Assembly (NCBI GenBank): GCA_022768045.1
Contig: JALEND010000032.1
Location: 1 to 41,061, forward strand
Origin: Mycoplasmatota bacterium
GTDB taxonomy: Bacteria; Bacillota_I; Bacilli_A; RF39; UBA660
Reading direction: 5' to 3'
DNA length: 41,061 bases
Each line of letters opens with the position of its first letter. Position 1 is the stretch's first letter. The notes below the pieces were generated by a model, which did not search any database, had not been told where the DNA came from, and saw nothing but the letters and a program-made list of their open reading frames with translations. Positions 1-9,876 of this stretch are shown here, piece after piece. Both the position numbers and the translations under genes were made by a program.

Positions 1-265
1 TATTCTTTTTAATCATTATAGGACAAGCTTCATCAGATATTCCTATACTTCCTCTAAAATCACCATATATGTCATAAGTTCCTCCAAAATATTTTTTTAA
101 CCAATAATACTCATCCTTAGTAACTTCTTGAAGACCAATAATATCTGGTGATGATTTAAATATTAACTCAGTATTGTTTAAAATGCCTTCCATATATACA
201 TTCCTACCACGTAAAATTTTATCAGCAGATTTATTTTTTACATTAAAAGTTGCAACCTTTAACAT
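1..265 (-). CDS. Endonuclease/exonuclease/phosphatase (EEP) family protein, 5' part only (continues past window start)
   Basis: Not in the supplied ORF track because it is open to the window edge. Minus-strand ATG at 265 reads MLKVATFNVKNKSADKILRG...SSPDIIGLQEVTKDEYYWLKKYF. The 'FNV' first strand and 'PDIIGLQEV' are the first two EEP-fold motifs. Confidence 0.55.
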   Translation of the reverse strand, partial: MLKVATFNVKNKSADKILRGRNVYMEGILNNTELIFKSSPDIIGLQEVTKDEYYWLKKYFGGTYDIYGDFRGSIGISDEACPIMIKKN

Positions 266-311
266 ATTAACACCCCCAAAAAAAATCTGTATTAGTTCAT
301 TTATTATAACA

Positions 312-343
312 CAAAAAAAATAAAAAGCTACTTATGATAGCTT
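312..343 (-). terminator. Rho-independent terminator after rlmH
   Basis: Minus strand AAGCUA-ucauaag-UAGCUU (338-343 pairs with 325-330), followed by UUUAUUUUUUUU. The stem overlaps the rlmH TAG stop. Confidence 0.6.
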
Positions 344-774
344 TCATTATTTATTATCTTAAATGATCGATATATTTGTTCTAATAATAATATTCTAAAT
401 AGTTGATGAGGAAAAGTAAGTTTAGAAAAAGATAAACTAAAATTAGATCTTTGTTTAACATCAGATGATATACCATTTGATGATCCTATTACAAAGACAA
501 TATTATTAGAAAGATTCTTGTCTATGAACTCAGATAACATAACTGAATCCATCTCTTTACCATTTATTTCTAATGTTACAACAAAATCATTATCCTTTAT
601 TTTAGATAATATGTTTTTACCTTCCTCTAATAATGTCTTTGTTACATCATAGTTATAGTCTGGTAATTCAATTATTTCTAATTTAGTATACTTAGATAAT
701 CTTTTTTCATACTCTTTTATAGACTGAACAAAAAACTTTTCTTTTATTTTTCCTACACATATTATTTTTATCAT
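328..774 (-). CDS. rlmH: 23S rRNA (pseudouridine1915-N3)-methyltransferase RlmH (SPOUT family)
   Basis: 148 aa. MIKIICVGKIKEKF...EYEKRL start and C-terminal ...SLSFSKLTFPHQLFRILLLEQIYRSFKI are typical of RlmH. ATGA overlap with the upstream gene. Confidence 0.85.
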   Translation of the reverse strand: MIKIICVGKIKEKFFVQSIKEYEKRLSKYTKLEIIELPDYNYDVTKTLLEEGKNILSKIKDNDFVVTLEINGKEMDSVMLSEFIDKNLSNNIVFVIGSSNGISSDVKQRSNFSLSFSKLTFPHQLFRILLLEQIYRSFKIINNESYHK

Positions 775-1538
775 ATTTCTATTATATCCGTCCTAATCTT
801 TTGTTTAGCAACCATTATATTCTTAACGTTTTTATGATTTTCTTTTAACGTACTTTTTAATGTGTTTAATGCTAAATCATATGTATTATTATCATCACTT
901 AAGTGAGCTAAAACTATTGTACTTGTTTTATCTCCAATAAATTCTAATAAATAATACGATGCATCATTATTAGATAAATGCCCTTTATCACCTAAAATTC
1001 TTTGTTTCAAGTGAAAAGGATATTTACCATTCATTAACATTTCAACATCATGGTTACTTTCCATTATATACATATTATGATTTCGTAGTTTTTCATAATA
1101 TCTTTTATTAATATATCCCGTATCTGTTATATATACTAATGATTTATTATCTGACTTTACTATAAAACCAACAGACCCACTAACGTCATGCGATGTTTTT
1201 ATAATATCAACTTCTATATCACCTATTTTTATATTATTTGTATCATATATCTCATAATTATCATAATTTATATATTCACAAAGAAGACTATAAATTATTT
1301 TATTAACATATAGTTTTGGATGATATTTTTTTAGAAAAACCTTAAGTCCTTGTATATGGTCCACGTGGGTGTGTGTTATTAATACTGCTTGTATTTCCTT
1401 TGGATCCACATTTATTTCATTTAACTTTTCTTCTATATAAACCTTAGTAACACCAAGATCTATTAATATCTTGGTATTACTACTTTGTATTAATGTACTA
1501 TTACCCTTACTACCACTTGATAAAACACATACTTTCAT
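771..1538 (-). CDS. MBL-fold metallo-hydrolase, YycJ/WalJ-like
   Basis: 255 aa. GSKGNSTLI, metallo-beta-lactamase motif HTHVDHIQG, later SNHD and AHLS motifs. Sits next to rlmH as in Bacillus yycJ-rlmH. Confidence 0.75.
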   Translation of the reverse strand: MKVCVLSSGSKGNSTLIQSSNTKILIDLGVTKVYIEEKLNEINVDPKEIQAVLITHTHVDHIQGLKVFLKKYHPKLYVNKIIYSLLCEYINYDNYEIYDTNNIKIGDIEVDIIKTSHDVSGSVGFIVKSDNKSLVYITDTGYINKRYYEKLRNHNMYIMESNHDVEMLMNGKYPFHLKQRILGDKGHLSNNDASYYLLEFIGDKTSTIVLAHLSDDNNTYDLALNTLKSTLKENHKNVKNIMVAKQKIRTDIIEI

Positions 1539-3046
1539 TATTTAAATAATATCATTGGATCCGTACATGTACCTTTATAAGGAGCTCCACCTACCCAAAG
1601 TCCTAGATGTAAGTGTGTACCAGTTGAACGACCAGTACTTCCCATAGTTGCTATTTGTTGTCCTTTTTGAACAGTCTGTCCAGGTGATACTAACTTAGAA
1701 TTTAAGTGAGCATACAATGTCCAATAACCATTACCATGATTTATTATTATATTGTTACCTAAGCTCCATGCAGAGTTACTACTTTCTACTGTTCCTGCTC
1801 CTACTGCATATATTGGAGAACCACTACCTGAACCTGCAATATCTATACCTTGGTGTAATCTACCCCAACGATAAGCAAATGGACTTGATATATAATAAGG
1901 TGATACTGTTGGCCATGCCCAATCTCCAGCTGTTGCAACAATACTATAATTGCCTGAAGTTTGTTTTGTACCAACCTTTACGACCTTGTTAACAGAAGGA
2001 GTAATAGTTTCAGTACTAACAATTACTATGTTAGCAGTAGCTCCATTATCATACTTTATCTTAGTAGTTAATCTATCAGTACCATTTTGACCCTCAGTTA
2101 CTACTTTTTTCGTACCATAATCTAATGTATCATCATTTTCTTCTGTTGTTTTAAACTGGCTTTCTTGATCAAATACCTCATGTTTTTCAACTATTACATC
2201 AATTACTGGATTAATTAAACCAACTTTTACTTGTTGTCCTGGTGATAATAAGTTATTTGCACTTGTAAACTCTGGGTTTACTATTAAAAACTCTGAAGTA
2301 GCTAATTTATTAGCATAAGAAATAGATTCAATAGTATCTCCCTCTTGAACAGTATAATATTGATCATCTTTTAGCTCACCAAACATTAAATATTTAGTTA
2401 ATACTTTTTCATCATTAAAAATATCTTCATCTGTTGAGATATAAGACTCTTTCATAGTTATATTTTGAGCTATATAAATATCTTCTATTAAACTACCAGT
2501 ATCTTTTATCTCCTCTTGAGAATCATTCTTAAAATTATTATAATCTTTTTCTGAAACAAAAGCTTTTACAACTGATTTTATTGCTTTATCTAACATATCT
2601 TTATTAAGTACGTTTATTACTATTTTTTCTTTTTTGATTTTTTCATCAGTTTCATCATTATCAGAAGCCGCATTTTCATAAGGATTTATAGTAACCTTAT
2701 ATCCTTTTACAGTAAATGGCTTTTCCTTTTTTATAATATTATGAACTTGTTTTGCAGATAAAACCTTTTTTTCATAAGTTGTACACTTTTGAATATCAAC
2801 TCCTGTAGGAATATATACCTTATTAACTTTATATTTTTCCTTTAATTCCTGTTGTTCACTATTAATATAATCCTCTAAATCTTTTTTATTTTTTATATTT
2901 CCAATTACTTTTCCATCTAAATAAACTTTATAAACATTCTTTGGAGAAAGTTCATATCTATCAGCAAAGTTTACCATTAACATAATAACAACAGCAAGTG
3001 CTATAGAAATTAAATAAATAAACCCCATTTTTAAATTCTTCATCAT
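1538..3046 (-). CDS. Membrane-anchored LysM / G5 / M23 (LytM) peptidoglycan endopeptidase
   Basis: N-terminal TM helix. LysM (YYTVQEGDTIESISYANKL...PGQQVKV). G5-like segment (DYGTKKVVTEGQNGTD...VVKVGTK). M23 motifs HQGIDIAG and GTHLHLGLW. Confidence 0.8.
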   Translation of the reverse strand: MMKNLKMGFIYLISIALAVVIMLMVNFADRYELSPKNVYKVYLDGKVIGNIKNKKDLEDYINSEQQELKEKYKVNKVYIPTGVDIQKCTTYEKKVLSAKQVHNIIKKEKPFTVKGYKVTINPYENAASDNDETDEKIKKEKIVINVLNKDMLDKAIKSVVKAFVSEKDYNNFKNDSQEEIKDTGSLIEDIYIAQNITMKESYISTDEDIFNDEKVLTKYLMFGELKDDQYYTVQEGDTIESISYANKLATSEFLIVNPEFTSANNLLSPGQQVKVGLINPVIDVIVEKHEVFDQESQFKTTEENDDTLDYGTKKVVTEGQNGTDRLTTKIKYDNGATANIVIVSTETITPSVNKVVKVGTKQTSGNYSIVATAGDWAWPTVSPYYISSPFAYRWGRLHQGIDIAGSGSGSPIYAVGAGTVESSNSAWSLGNNIIINHGNGYWTLYAHLNSKLVSPGQTVQKGQQIATMGSTGRSTGTHLHLGLWVGGAPYKGTCTDPMILFK

Positions 3047-3048
3047 AA

Positions 3049-4398
3049 TTATTCACCATTCTCCCTTTGAAAATTAACCATTGTACTTACATCCATTTTA
3101 AATAATAATTCAACAGTCGAAGTAGGACCACTTCTGTTTTTTCCAATTATTAATTCTACTATACTAGCATTATCATCTCTTCTTTTTGTTTTATCATAAT
3201 AGTCATCTCTATATAAGAATGAAACTATATCGGCATCCTGCTCTATAGAACCTGATTCTCTTAAGTCACTCATTATAGGTCTTTTATCCTCACGAGCTTC
3301 AACAGCACGTGATAACTGTGCCAAGGCAATTACTGGAATACCTAATTCTAGAGCCATTGTTTTTAATCCTCTAGAAATTTCTGAAACCTCTTGTTGACGA
3401 TTACCTGATGATCCTGGTGGACCTGATATTAACTGTAAGTAATCTATTACAACAAGACCTAACCCATTTTCAGAGTTAGCAAGTCTTCTACACTTACTTC
3501 TTATTTCTCCAATTGTAATACCTGGTGTATCATCTAAGAATAAGTTAACATTAGATAATTTACTTATTGCCTCACTAAGTCTTCTCCAATCATTATGCTC
3601 TAGTCTTCCTGTACGCATTTTATTACTATTTATTTGACCTAAAGACTGAAGAATTCTGTTAGCTAACTGCTCAGCACTCATTTCTAAGTTGAATACAGCA
3701 ACTGATTTATTTTGATGCATAGCAGCATATGTTGCAACATTAAGACCAAATACAGTTTTACCCATGGCTGGACGAGCAGCAACTATAACTAACTGACTTG
3801 GTTGAAGACCTGATGTTAACTTATCAAATTCTATAAATCCTGTTGAAAGACCAGTTATATCAGATCCTAACTCAGATAACTTTTCTAGGTTTTCTTGCTC
3901 TTTATATACAACATCTCTTATAGACTTAAACTCTGTTGTCTTACGCATATTAGCAATTCTTAAAATCTTCATTTCAGCATCTGCTAATACATCATAAATA
4001 GAATTTTCTGAAGTATAAGCTTCACTTGCTATATCAGTTGCAGTTTCTATTATTTTTCTTCCAACTTGTTTTTCTCTTAAGATACCAATATAATACTCAA
4101 CATTAGCAGCTGACGGAACAGAATCAATTATTTCAGATAAATACTCTATATTTCCAACTTGACTTAATATTTTTTTATCATTTAATCTATCTGTTACAAT
4201 TGTTATATCAACAGGTACTTGTTCATTATTTAATTCTTGTAATACATTAAATATTTTAGCATTTTGGTCACTGTAAAAAGACTCTTCACTTAATTCATCA
4301 CAAATTTTTTGAAGAGCTACCTTTGATAAAAAGGCAGAACCTAAAACAGCTTTTTCTGCATCTAAATTACTTGGTGTTTTTCTATCTGCCATTTTCAT
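3049..4398 (-). CDS. dnaB: Replicative DNA helicase (DnaB family)
   Basis: 449 aa. NLDAEKAVLGS N-terminal domain, Walker A ARPAMGKT, DYLQLI, RSGPT motifs. The SD AAGGAG favours the second ATG (4392) as the true start. Confidence 0.95.
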   Translation of the reverse strand: MKMADRKTPSNLDAEKAVLGSAFLSKVALQKICDELSEESFYSDQNAKIFNVLQELNNEQVPVDITIVTDRLNDKKILSQVGNIEYLSEIIDSVPSAANVEYYIGILREKQVGRKIIETATDIASEAYTSENSIYDVLADAEMKILRIANMRKTTEFKSIRDVVYKEQENLEKLSELGSDITGLSTGFIEFDKLTSGLQPSQLVIVAARPAMGKTVFGLNVATYAAMHQNKSVAVFNLEMSAEQLANRILQSLGQINSNKMRTGRLEHNDWRRLSEAISKLSNVNLFLDDTPGITIGEIRSKCRRLANSENGLGLVVIDYLQLISGPPGSSGNRQQEVSEISRGLKTMALELGIPVIALAQLSRAVEAREDKRPIMSDLRESGSIEQDADIVSFLYRDDYYDKTKRRDDNASIVELIIGKNRSGPTSTVELLFKMDVSTMVNFQRENGE

Positions 4399-4412
4399 CA
4401 GCTCCTTACTAC

Positions 4413-4853
4413 TTATTTTATTAATTCTACTCTTACACTTGCTACTACTTTTTTATGTAAGTTTAATTTAACATCATGAAACCCTAAAGTATTTATAGGT
4501 GTATCTATCACTATTTTTTTCTTATCAATCTTATATCCTAAATTTTCTAGTTCTTGCATTATTTGTTTAGAAGATATATTTCCAAACACTTGATCTTGAT
4601 TACCAGTTTTTACTTTAAATTTTATTATTTTATTACTTAATTCATTTTTTATCTTATTACATTTTTCTATTTCTAAACGTTCTTCTTCAGCTGCTTTTTT
4701 ATTATTTATATCTAGTATTTCTTTACTTCTTTGTGTATATGCTACCGCATATTTATTTTTTATTAGAAAGTTTTGTGCATATCCGTCACTTACTTCCTTT
4801 ATTTCACCAGCTTTTCCTTGCTTTTTTACATCTTTTATAAATATTACTTTCAA
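4413..4853 (-). CDS. rplI: 50S ribosomal protein L9
   Basis: The ORF is open to 4862 (GTG). TTG at 4853 gives the canonical MKVIFIKDVKKQGKAGEIKEVSDGYAQNFL start, with GAAGGTGA 4-5 nt upstream. Confidence 0.9.
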   Translation of the reverse strand: MKVIFIKDVKKQGKAGEIKEVSDGYAQNFLIKNKYAVAYTQRSKEILDINNKKAAEEERLEIEKCNKIKNELSNKIIKFKVKTGNQDQVFGNISSKQIMQELENLGYKIDKKKIVIDTPINTLGFHDVKLNLHKKVVASVRVELIK

Positions 4854-4913
4854 AGTATTCACCTTCTTTATAAATATTCACATGATTAATTATAACATAT
4901 TTTTTTATATAAT

Positions 4914-4941
4914 AAAAGAAAGCATTTTAAAATGCTTTCTT
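4914..4941 (-). terminator. Rho-independent terminator after rpsR
   Basis: Near-perfect palindrome AGAAAGCAUUU/AAAUGCUUUCU followed by UUUAUUAU on the minus strand, 3 nt after the rpsR stop. Confidence 0.75.
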
Positions 4942-4943
4942 AA

Positions 4944-5159
4944 TTATTTACTAAATGGTAATAAAGCTATCATTCTAGCTCTTTTAATTTGCATTGCAAT
5001 ATTTCTTTGATGCTTAGCACAAGCTCCTGTAACTCTTCTAGGTAATATTTTACCTTTTTCATTTATATATTTTCTTAAAATTTCAGGATTTTTATAATTT
5101 ATACTTCTACCAGCACATAATTGACAAATTTTCTTTTTCTTTCTATAAAATTCTGCCAT
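4944..5159 (-). CDS. rpsR: 30S ribosomal protein S18
   Basis: 71 aa. ...[33 protein letters not shown]... is the S18 signature. Confidence 0.95.
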   Translation of the reverse strand: MAEFYRKKKKICQLCAGRSINYKNPEILRKYINEKGKILPRRVTGACAKHQRNIAMQIKRARMIALLPFSK

Positions 5160-5180
5160 TTGTTATCCTCCTTATCTTAC

Positions 5181-5648
5181 TTAAAATGCTATATCATCGT
5201 CACTAATTTCTATACTACTTCCAAAGTCCGCAAAAACATCGTCTGAAACATTAGTTTCTTTAGGTGCTTCTGTTTGGAAATCAGCTGGTGATACTTCTGA
5301 CGTTACATCATTTTGACCTTCTGGTCTTGAGTTTTTAGAATCTAAAAATTGTACTCTATCAGCTACTATATCAGTAGTGTATACTCTTTTTCCATCCTTA
5401 TCATCATAACTACCAGTTTGAATTCTTCCATCAACTGCTACTAAAGAACCCTTAGTTATGAATTTCTTAATATTCTCTGCTTGTTTATTATATGCAACTA
5501 CTCTAATAAAATCAGTTTCTCTTTGACCATCTTTATTAGTGTATTGTCTATCAATTGCTATTGTAAAATTAACAACAGCAGTGTTGCTAGATGAATATCT
5601 AAGTTCTGGATCTCTTGTTAATCTTCCGATTAAAAATGCTTTATTCAT
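5181..5648 (-). CDS. ssb: Single-stranded DNA-binding protein
   Basis: MNKAFLIGRLTRDPELRY OB-fold start and acidic C-terminal tip ...ISDDDIAF. Flanked by rpsF and rpsR. Confidence 0.95.
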   Translation of the reverse strand: MNKAFLIGRLTRDPELRYSSSNTAVVNFTIAIDRQYTNKDGQRETDFIRVVAYNKQAENIKKFITKGSLVAVDGRIQTGSYDDKDGKRVYTTDIVADRVQFLDSKNSRPEGQNDVTSEVSPADFQTEAPKETNVSDDVFADFGSSIEISDDDIAF

Positions 5649-5658
5649 TTTGTACCTC

Positions 5659-5946
5659 TTACTTTTCTTCTTTAACTATTAAATGACGAATAACATCTTC
5701 ACTAATTAAAGCTAAACGATTAAACTCATCTATTGCTTTTGAATCATTTGCTTCAATATTTACTAGAAAATAAAAACCAGTCTTATGATTTTTAATTTCA
5801 TATGCTAATTCTTTTTGTCCTAAATCTTTTGATGATGTTACTTTAGCACCATTATCAGTTAAGATTTTTTCAAAACTTTTTGAAACTTCTTTAACTGCTG
5901 ATTCTTCAAGATCAGGCCTAACAATATACATAATTTCGTATTTCAT
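5659..5946 (-). CDS. rpsF: 30S ribosomal protein S6
   Basis: MKYEIMYIVRPDLEE... and ELAYEIKNHKTGFY are typical S6. rpsF-ssb-rpsR order. Confidence 0.95.
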   Translation of the reverse strand: MKYEIMYIVRPDLEESAVKEVSKSFEKILTDNGAKVTSSKDLGQKELAYEIKNHKTGFYFLVNIEANDSKAIDEFNRLALISEDVIRHLIVKEEK

Positions 5947-6037
5947 TTCTTTTCCTCCTCTTTTGGTCTTATCGGTCTTTCATCCTTTTGTGAAAGACAA
6001 GAGAGTAAAATCAATTTACTCGTTTTGTATTATAACA
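5947..6037 (-). promoter_or_regulatory. rpsF promoter (extended -10 TGTTATAAT) plus structured 5' leader; candidate S6:S18-binding r-protein leader
   Basis: TGTTATAAT at 6029-6037 (minus). The transcript then has two hairpins, GAGUAAA/UUUACUC (6003-6021) and GUCUUUCA/UGAAAGAC (5975-5998), just before the AGAGGAGG SD. Confidence 0.35.
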
Positions 6038-6070
6038 AAAAAAAGGGGTTATGTAAACCTTCTTTTTATA

Positions 6071-6397
6071 TTATTTCATCCTAGCTGAAATAGCTCTTGT
6101 TAGATATTTTTCTGCATCACTATACTTAATTCTTTTTTTATTAGGAAAAGCTTCAAGCTCTTCATCAAATAAAGATTCTCCAACACGAACCATGTATGAA
6201 CGATTATTAATATTATATGTATTTTTTGTAAATATATCTTGATAATATGTCTGCTTTTTGCTTGCTAATATAAATTTTTTAGGATTAAAAGATACCTTGC
6301 CATAAAAATTATTTCCTTCTATATTATAACTAATTACTTGTTTTAATTCACCAAAGTATAAACCTTTAGTTTTAAAACCTATTATTTTTTCTAACAT
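6071..6397 (-). CDS. Hypothetical protein (108 aa)
   Basis: Clean ORF in the operon direction with its own SD (AGGAGGTAAAGAATATTTATG). No family recognised from the sequence. Confidence 0.5.
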   Translation of the reverse strand: MLEKIIGFKTKGLYFGELKQVISYNIEGNNFYGKVSFNPKKFILASKKQTYYQDIFTKNTYNINNRSYMVRVGESLFDEELEAFPNKKRIKYSDAEKYLTRAISARMK

Positions 6398-6437
6398 AAA
6401 TATTCTTTACCTCCTATTTATAATATTTTCATATATT

Positions 6438-7535
6438 TTAATTATTAAATCTAAATAAGCAAACATCTCCATCTTGCATAACGTATTCTTTACCTTCACT
6501 TCTAAGTTTTCCTGCCTCTTTAGCTTCTTTTTCACCTTTATATTTTTCATAATCAGAAAAACTTATTACTTCTGCTCTTATAAATCCTTTTTCAAAATCA
6601 CTATGTATAATTCCAGCACAAGCAGGAGCTTTCATTCCTTTTTTAAAAGTCCACGCTCTAACTTCTTTAGGTCCTGCCGTAAAATATGTTTGAAGTCCTA
6701 GTAAATGATATGAAGCACGAATAAGTTTATCTAACCCACTTTCTTCTATACCTAATTCATTTAAGAATGTATTTTTTTCTTCATCATCAAACCCACTTAA
6801 TTCCTCTTCTATTTTTGCACACAAAACAATAACTTCAGCATTATCTTTCTTAGCATATTCTTTTAAATCTTTAACATAGTTATTTTCTGTTCCTATTTCA
6901 TCTTCTTTTATGTTAGCGACATATATAATAGGCTTTATTGTAAGTAAATTAAAGGCTTTTAATATCTTTAATTCATCTTCAGTATACTCTAATTTTCTGG
7001 CTGGAATATTATTTTCCAAAGCTTCTTTTATACGTTTTAATAACTCAACTTCTCTTAATGCTTCTTTATCCTTAGTAGAAACAGCTTTTTTTTCTATTTT
7101 TCCAAGTCTATTATTAACAACTTCTAGATCGCAAAATATAAACTCAACATCTATTATTTCAACATCTCTAAGTGGATTTGTACCACCTTCTACGTGAGTT
7201 ATGTTTGAATCATCAAAACATCTAACTACTTCAACTATAGCATCTACGTTTCTAATATGTGATAAAAACTTATTACCCAAGCCTTCACCATGAGATGCAC
7301 CCTTAACTAAACCTGCTATATCAGTAAATTCAAATGTTGTTGGTACTAAACTTTTTGGCTTAATTAACTCATTTAAAAAATCCAACCTTTTATCTGGAAC
7401 AACTACCATACCAACATTTGGTTCTATTGTTGCAAATGGATAATTAGCTGCTAAAATATTCTTCTTTGTTATTGCATTAAATAATGTTGATTTACCTACA
7501 TTAGGCAATCCTACTATTCCTGCTGTAAGAGACAT
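6438..7535 (-). CDS. ychF: Redox-regulated ribosome-binding ATPase YchF
   Basis: GIVGLPNVGKSTLFNA P-loop, DIAGLVKGAS, C-terminal TGS-like ...EGKEYVMQDGDVCLFRFN. The ORF is open to 7544 (GTG), but ATG 7535 has GAAGGAAG correctly spaced. Confidence 0.95.
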   Translation of the reverse strand: MSLTAGIVGLPNVGKSTLFNAITKKNILAANYPFATIEPNVGMVVVPDKRLDFLNELIKPKSLVPTTFEFTDIAGLVKGASHGEGLGNKFLSHIRNVDAIVEVVRCFDDSNITHVEGGTNPLRDVEIIDVEFIFCDLEVVNNRLGKIEKKAVSTKDKEALREVELLKRIKEALENNIPARKLEYTEDELKILKAFNLLTIKPIIYVANIKEDEIGTENNYVKDLKEYAKKDNAEVIVLCAKIEEELSGFDDEEKNTFLNELGIEESGLDKLIRASYHLLGLQTYFTAGPKEVRAWTFKKGMKAPACAGIIHSDFEKGFIRAEVISFSDYEKYKGEKEAKEAGKLRSEGKEYVMQDGDVCLFRFNN

Positions 7536-7577
7536 ATAAATCACTTCCTTCTTTTGATATTATATCATAAATAAATA

Positions 7578-7602
7578 AAACAACAATAAATTATTGTTGT
7601 TT
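7578..7602 (-). terminator. Rho-independent terminator after the 7642-8259 gene
   Basis: AAACAACAAUA-auu-UAUUGUUGUUU followed by UAUUUAUUU on the minus strand. Confidence 0.65.
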
Positions 7603-7641
7603 AAAATTTCTATTATTTTATAATTAGTAAGTCTTTTTATT

Positions 7642-8259
7642 CTACTTTGTTTTTTTATTTTTTGTTAGTTCTTTATCTATATACATTATATTATTATTTT
7701 TTGAGTTTTCAGAAGCATCACTTTCTAGAGTTTTTTCTTTTATTAATTTTTTAATTAATTCTTCATCTAGTGCAAATGGCATAACACTATAGTTATCACC
7801 CATAGCATCACCATTAGAATTAAAGTACATAGCATTTAAATCACCCAAAGATTTATAACGAGCTTTATAAACATCTTTATTATAACTTTGTATATTTTTA
7901 TTTATTCTACTAAGTGTTCTTTTTAGAGCATCTAAAGTTTTTAATGTAACGATTTCATCTAGTGTTTTATTAAACTCGTTTTTGTTTAAAAATGCAATTT
8001 TTGCTGGAAAAACTTCTATAAACTTAATTAATGGTAAATATATTTTTTCTTTTTTTTCTTCATCAATGTTTATTAGTTCAACAACTGTATCATCTAAACC
8101 TCTAAAGCCTATCTTTGTTTTATTATCTGCAATACCTATTAAATTGTTAACCTTAAATACTCCAACAGGTTTAATATCCTCGGCTTCTCCATATGATAAT
8201 ATAATTCCAATATTTTCTTTTAAGAAAGATTCAGTTAGACCTTGATTAGTAAATTTCAT
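7642..8259 (-). CDS. Hypothetical protein (205 aa)
   Basis: Long ORF with an AGGAGGAATAAC SD upstream of the ATG and its own terminator. No family recognised. Confidence 0.5.
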   Translation of the reverse strand: MKFTNQGLTESFLKENIGIILSYGEAEDIKPVGVFKVNNLIGIADNKTKIGFRGLDDTVVELINIDEEKKEKIYLPLIKFIEVFPAKIAFLNKNEFNKTLDEIVTLKTLDALKRTLSRINKNIQSYNKDVYKARYKSLGDLNAMYFNSNGDAMGDNYSVMPFALDEELIKKLIKEKTLESDASENSKNNNIMYIDKELTKNKKTK

Positions 8260-8315
8260 GTTATTCCTCCTAAATTCATATTTGATACCTATTATAATGC
8301 TTTTTTATTAAAAGT

Positions 8316-8347
8316 AAAGAAAAAAGTAAGAAAATCAATTCTTACTT
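8316..8347 (-). terminator. Rho-independent terminator after the AbgT-like gene
   Basis: AAGUAAGAA-uugauu-UUCUUACUU followed by UUUUUCUUU on the minus strand. It abuts the stop codon. Confidence 0.65.
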
Positions 8348-9876
8348 TATAATCCTGGATAAATATTAGGTCCTATTGGTAATCCTATTATATACCAACA
8401 AATTATTAATAATAACCAAACTAATATTGCTACAGCAAAATATGGTAAGATTGCTCTATAGCATCCTTTTATACTAAATTCATTCTTATTTTTAGTATAT
8501 ACTTCTATAAATCCAATAAATATTACAAAATACATAAATACAGGTGTTATACAATTTGTTATAGAATCTCCTGCTCTATATATTAATTGTGCAAACTCTG
8601 GTGTAATATTTGCTTTTACCATAGCTGGTACAACAGTTGGAGCAAAAATAGCCCATTTATCAATAGATGATGGCATTATTATATTTGTTAATGCAACAAA
8701 TAATAATAATAACATTACAAGTGGTATAAATGAGAAATCTGATGATGAGATTATATTTGCAAAGAATCCTGCTGCTACATTACCTATGTTAGTTTGATTT
8801 ACTATACCATAAAATTGAGCGGCAAAGAATATTAATACAAATATTCCACCAATTGATTTTAAATAATCAGTTGAAAAATTAACCATATCTCTAATTTTTC
8901 TAATTGTTCCTGCTACAACTCCATATACAAATCCTTGTATACCAAATAATAATGATATAATACTAACTAAGTTACTCATAAATAATGCTTCATCACTAAA
9001 TAACATATTAACATATCCAGTTTGAGATTTATCTAGCAATAAGCCTATAAATCCTTTACCAGGAATTATCATTAATATAAGAGGTATTAAAAATACTAAA
9101 GTAGCAACTAAAGCTCCTATTAAACCCTTATTTTCTCTTTCTTCTTCTACTACTGTTTCTTCATCATCTGATAATAAGTTTCTGCCTTGTTTTCTTACCA
9201 TTACTTTTTCACAAACAAGAGTAAATATCGCTGCAATAACTAACGCTGCTGCTATCATAAAGATTAAATTTGAGTTTTGTGCAACAGTATACTCAGAAGA
9301 TATTAACTTAGCACTAGCTTCAGTTGTACTAACTAAATTATAATCAAGTGAATTGACAAATAATCCGGCACCATGAGCTGATGCAATAGATGCAAAACCT
9401 AATGCTAAGCCTCCAATAGGATTTCTACCCATTGACATAAATAATATTGCACCTATAGGTAATATTAAGATATAAGCTGTATTACCACTAGCGCTAAAGA
9501 CTATACATAAAAGAGAATATAGAAAAACTATAAGCCATTTAGGTACTTTGCTTGTTATTCTGTTAAAAAGTGTTTTGAAAAAACCTGATTTTAAAGCAAT
9601 TCCAAATGATATTGCACCAATAAGTAGTGATGTAAACGGAACAAAGTTATTTAAATTATCATAAGAAGAAGTAAATAAATACTTTAATCCATCAAAACTT
9701 AATAATGAATTTATCGCTACGGTTTTTGATTCAACTTCTCCAGCTATTGTTGTTAATACATCATATGTAACTTGGAAATTTAATGCACTAAATATTCCAC
9801 TTAATATTACAACTAATATAGACATGTATACGAAAAACATAACCGGATGAGATGATTTTTTTATTTTATCTTTCAT
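8347..9876 (-). CDS. AbgT-family (p-aminobenzoyl-glutamate type) transporter
   Basis: 509 aa with about 12 or more hydrophobic helices. The N-terminal SSHPVMFFVYMSILVV... pattern and the size fit the AbgT/MtrF family. Confidence 0.6.
   Translation of the reverse strand: MKDKIKKSSHPVMFFVYMSILVVILSGIFSALNFQVTYDVLTTIAGEVESKTVAINSLLSFDGLKYLFTSSYDNLNNFVPFTSLLIGAISFGIALKSGFFKTLFNRITSKVPKWLIVFLYSLLCIVFSASGNTAYILILPIGAILFMSMGRNPIGGLALGFASIASAHGAGLFVNSLDYNLVSTTEASAKLISSEYTVAQNSNLIFMIAAALVIAAIFTLVCEKVMVRKQGRNLLSDDEETVVEEERENKGLIGALVATLVFLIPLILMIIPGKGFIGLLLDKSQTGYVNMLFSDEALFMSNLVSIISLLFGIQGFVYGVVAGTIRKIRDMVNFSTDYLKSIGGIFVLIFFAAQFYGIVNQTNIGNVAAGFFANIISSSDFSFIPLVMLLLLFVALTNIIMPSSIDKWAIFAPTVVPAMVKANITPEFAQLIYRAGDSITNCITPVFMYFVIFIGFIEVYTKNKNEFSIKGCYRAILPYFAVAILVWLLLIICWYIIGLPIGPNIYPGL

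Noticed and set aside
1717-1992. Plus-strand ORFs antisense to large minus-strand genes: 1717-1992, 6474-6701, 6910-7197, 7982-8245, 9852-10124, 10600-10896, 10889-11143, 17458-17697, 18637-18871, 19610-19849, 20488-20670, 21760-22017, 28556-28789, 29550-29741, 30550-30765, 32648-32890, 35216-35646, 38925-39554, and 25187-25537 on the minus strand inside the flippase gene.
   Set aside because: - All lie fully inside well-supported genes on the other strand.
- Their translations are low-complexity and rich in F/L/I/S/Y, as expected from antisense AT-rich coding DNA.
- None has an SD.
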